NCBI GenBank assembly: GCA_036785375.1
Contig: JAWMAR010000204.1
Location: forward strand, 4,030,001 to 4,094,000
Source: Leucoraja ocellata
Taxonomy: Eukaryota
Length of the DNA stretch: 64,000 nt
Direction of reading: 5' to 3'
Part shown: piece after piece, positions 61,765-64,000 of the stretch
How the letters are laid out: each line of letters starts with the position of its first letter
How positions within the stretch are numbered: position 1 is the stretch's first letter
Notes under the pieces: model-generated
What the model was told of the DNA's origin: nothing
Databases searched by the model: none
What the model saw: the letters and a program-made list of their open reading frames with translations, nothing else
Made by a program: the position numbers and the translations under genes

Positions 61765-63860
61765 GATACATTGAAACATAGAAAATAGGTGCAGGAGCAG
61801 GCCATTCGGCCCTTCGAGCCAACACCACCATTCAATATGATCATGGCTGATCATCCAAAATCAGTACCTCGTTCTGGCTTTTTCACCATATCCCTTGATT
61901 CCCCTAGCCCTAAGAGCTAAGTCTAACTTTCTTGAAAACATCCAGTGAAATGGCCTCCACTGCCTTCTGCGGCAGAGAATTCCACAGATTCACAACTCTC
62001 TGGGTGAAAAAGTGTTTCCTCATCTCAGTCCTAAATGGCCTGCTCCTTATTCTTAAAATGTGACCCCTGGTTCTGGACACCCCCAACATCGGGAACATTT
62101 TTCCTACAACTACCCTGTCCAATCCTCTAAGATTTTGGTATGTTTCTATAAGATATCCTCTCATCCTTCTAAATTCCAGTGAATGCATGCCCAATCGACC
62201 CTTTCTTTCATTATATGATAGTCCCGCCATCCCGGGAATTAACCTGGTGAATCTACACTGCACTCCCTCAATAGCAATAATATCCTTCTACATATTAGAA
62301 GACCAGAATTGCACACAATACTGCAGGTGCGGTCTCACCAAGGCCCTGCACAACTGTAGTAGGACCTCTTTGCTCCTAAATTCAAATCCTCTTGCAATGA
62401 AGGCCAACATGTCATTAGCTTTCGGCCAGTTTCATCACTGCCAGCACACCCATGTCTCATTGCATCTCCACTTTTCCTAATCTGGCACCATTCAGATAAT
62501 AATCTGCCTTCCTGTTCTTGTCACCAAAGTGGATAACCTCACATTTATCCATATTATACTGCATCTGCTATGCTTCTACCCACTCACCCAACCTATCTAA
62601 GTCACCCTGCAGCCTCATAGCATCCTCCTCGCAGCTCACACTGCCCCCCAGCTTTGTGTCATCTGCAAACCTAGAGATGTTACATTTAATTTCCTCGTCT
62701 AAATCGTTAATCTATATTGTATACAACTGGTGTCCCAGCAGTGACCCCACTAGTCACTGCCTGCCATTCTGGGAAGGACAAGTCAATTCTTACAATTTGC
62801 TTCCTGTCGGCCAACAAGTTCTCTATCCATGTCAATAACCTACTCCCAATACCATGTGCTCTAATTTTGCACACTAATCTCTTGTGTGGGACCATGCCAA
62901 AGACTTTTTGAAAGTCTAGATCCACCACATCCACTGGCTCTCCCTTATCCATTCTACTTGTTACATCCTCAAAAAATTCCCAAATTAGTCCAGCATGATT
63001 TCCCTTTCATAAATCCATGCTGACTTTGACTGATCTCGCCTACTGAGACTGCATCTAGAATATTGTGTTCAGTTCTGGGCACCGTGTTATAGGAAATATA
63101 TTGTCAAGCTTGAAAGGGTTCAGAAAAGATTTATGAGGATGTTGTCAGGACTAGAGGGTGTCAGCTATTGGGAGAGGTTGAGTAGGCTGGGTCTCTATTC
63201 CATGGAGCGCAGGAGGATGAGGGATGATCTTATAGAGGTGTACAAGATCGTGAGAGGAATAGATCGGGTAGATGCACACAGTCTTTTGCCCAGAGGGGGG
63301 AGCGGCAAGAGAGGGTGTTGCAGAACTCTCGTCATAGAGAGAACTTCTCGTTTATTACATAGAAACATAGAAATTAGGTGCAGGAGTAGGCCATTCGGCC
63401 CTTCGAGCCTGCACCGCCATTCAATATGATCATGGCTGATCATCCAACTCAGTATCCCGTACCTGCCTTCTCTCCATACCCTCTGATCCCCTTGGCCACA
63501 AGGGCCACATCTAACTCCCTCTTAAATATAGACAATGAACTGGCCTCAACTACCCTCTGTGGCAGAGAGTTCCAGAGATTCACCACTCTCTGTGTGAAAA
63601 AAGTTCTCCTCATCTCGGTTTTAAAGGATTTCCCCCTTATCCTTAAGCTGTGACCCCTTGTCCTGGACTTCCCCAACATCGGGAACAATCTTCCTGCATC
63701 TAGCCTGTCCAACCCCTTAAGACTTGTGTAAGTTTCTATAAGATCCCCTCTCAATCTCCTAAATTCTAGAGAGTATAAACCAAGTCTATCCAGTCTTTCT
63801 TCATAAGACAGTCCTGACATCCCAGGAATCAGTCTGGTGAACCGTCTCTGCACTCCCTCT
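61765..63860. mobile_element. Cluster of CR1 fragments (61765-63035 -, 63045-63297 +, 63357-63860 -)
   Basis: ORFs 61910-62263, 62707-62952, 63133-63429 and 63449-63937 carry CR1 motifs; (CATAGAAA)n tails. Confidence 0.88.
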
Positions 63861-64000
63861 TGTTCTGGGACGTTGGCTCTCCGTCTCACCGCCCTGGAAA
63901 ATCCCGGCTTCTCCAGTGGGGCCGATAACGCAAACACCTCGGAGCCACATGAGTGGCAAAGGTGATTTGTTTAGTAAGTAATTAAATTTAAATCAACTCG

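Overview
Vertebrate genomic DNA, inferred to be a cartilaginous fish (skate/ray/shark) from HE1/V-SINE-type SINEs, abundant CR1 LINEs and the J-chain sequence type. Almost all ORF-track entries are transposon debris or their antisense shadows; the real genes are spliced and missed by the track. (1) A 4-exon immunoglobulin J chain gene (JCHAIN) lies on + at 52373-60995 and encodes 122 aa with a short C-terminus. (2) About 16.6 kb upstream, positions ~1-42100 form a young segmental-duplication array carrying a 3-exon, ELR-negative CXC chemokine gene. There are two intact copies (13344-14351, 34778-35790; 98 aa), one copy with three 1-nt homopolymer deletions and a 2-kb intronic insertion (21691-24690), and an inverted orphan exon 3 (4293-4404). 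The chemokines and JCHAIN share strand, a 64-nt signal exon, intron phases 1 and 2, and an exon-2 CxC. Differences between chemokine copies are almost all amino-acid-changing while intron 2 is nearly identical. The intact copies carry an odd fifth cysteine. The remainder is CR1, RTEX, L1, L2/Rex-like LINE pieces, V-SINEs, GC-rich non-autonomous retroelements, non-autonomous Helitrons and Harbinger-like MITEs. All alignments and translations were done by eye; repeat boundaries are approximate.
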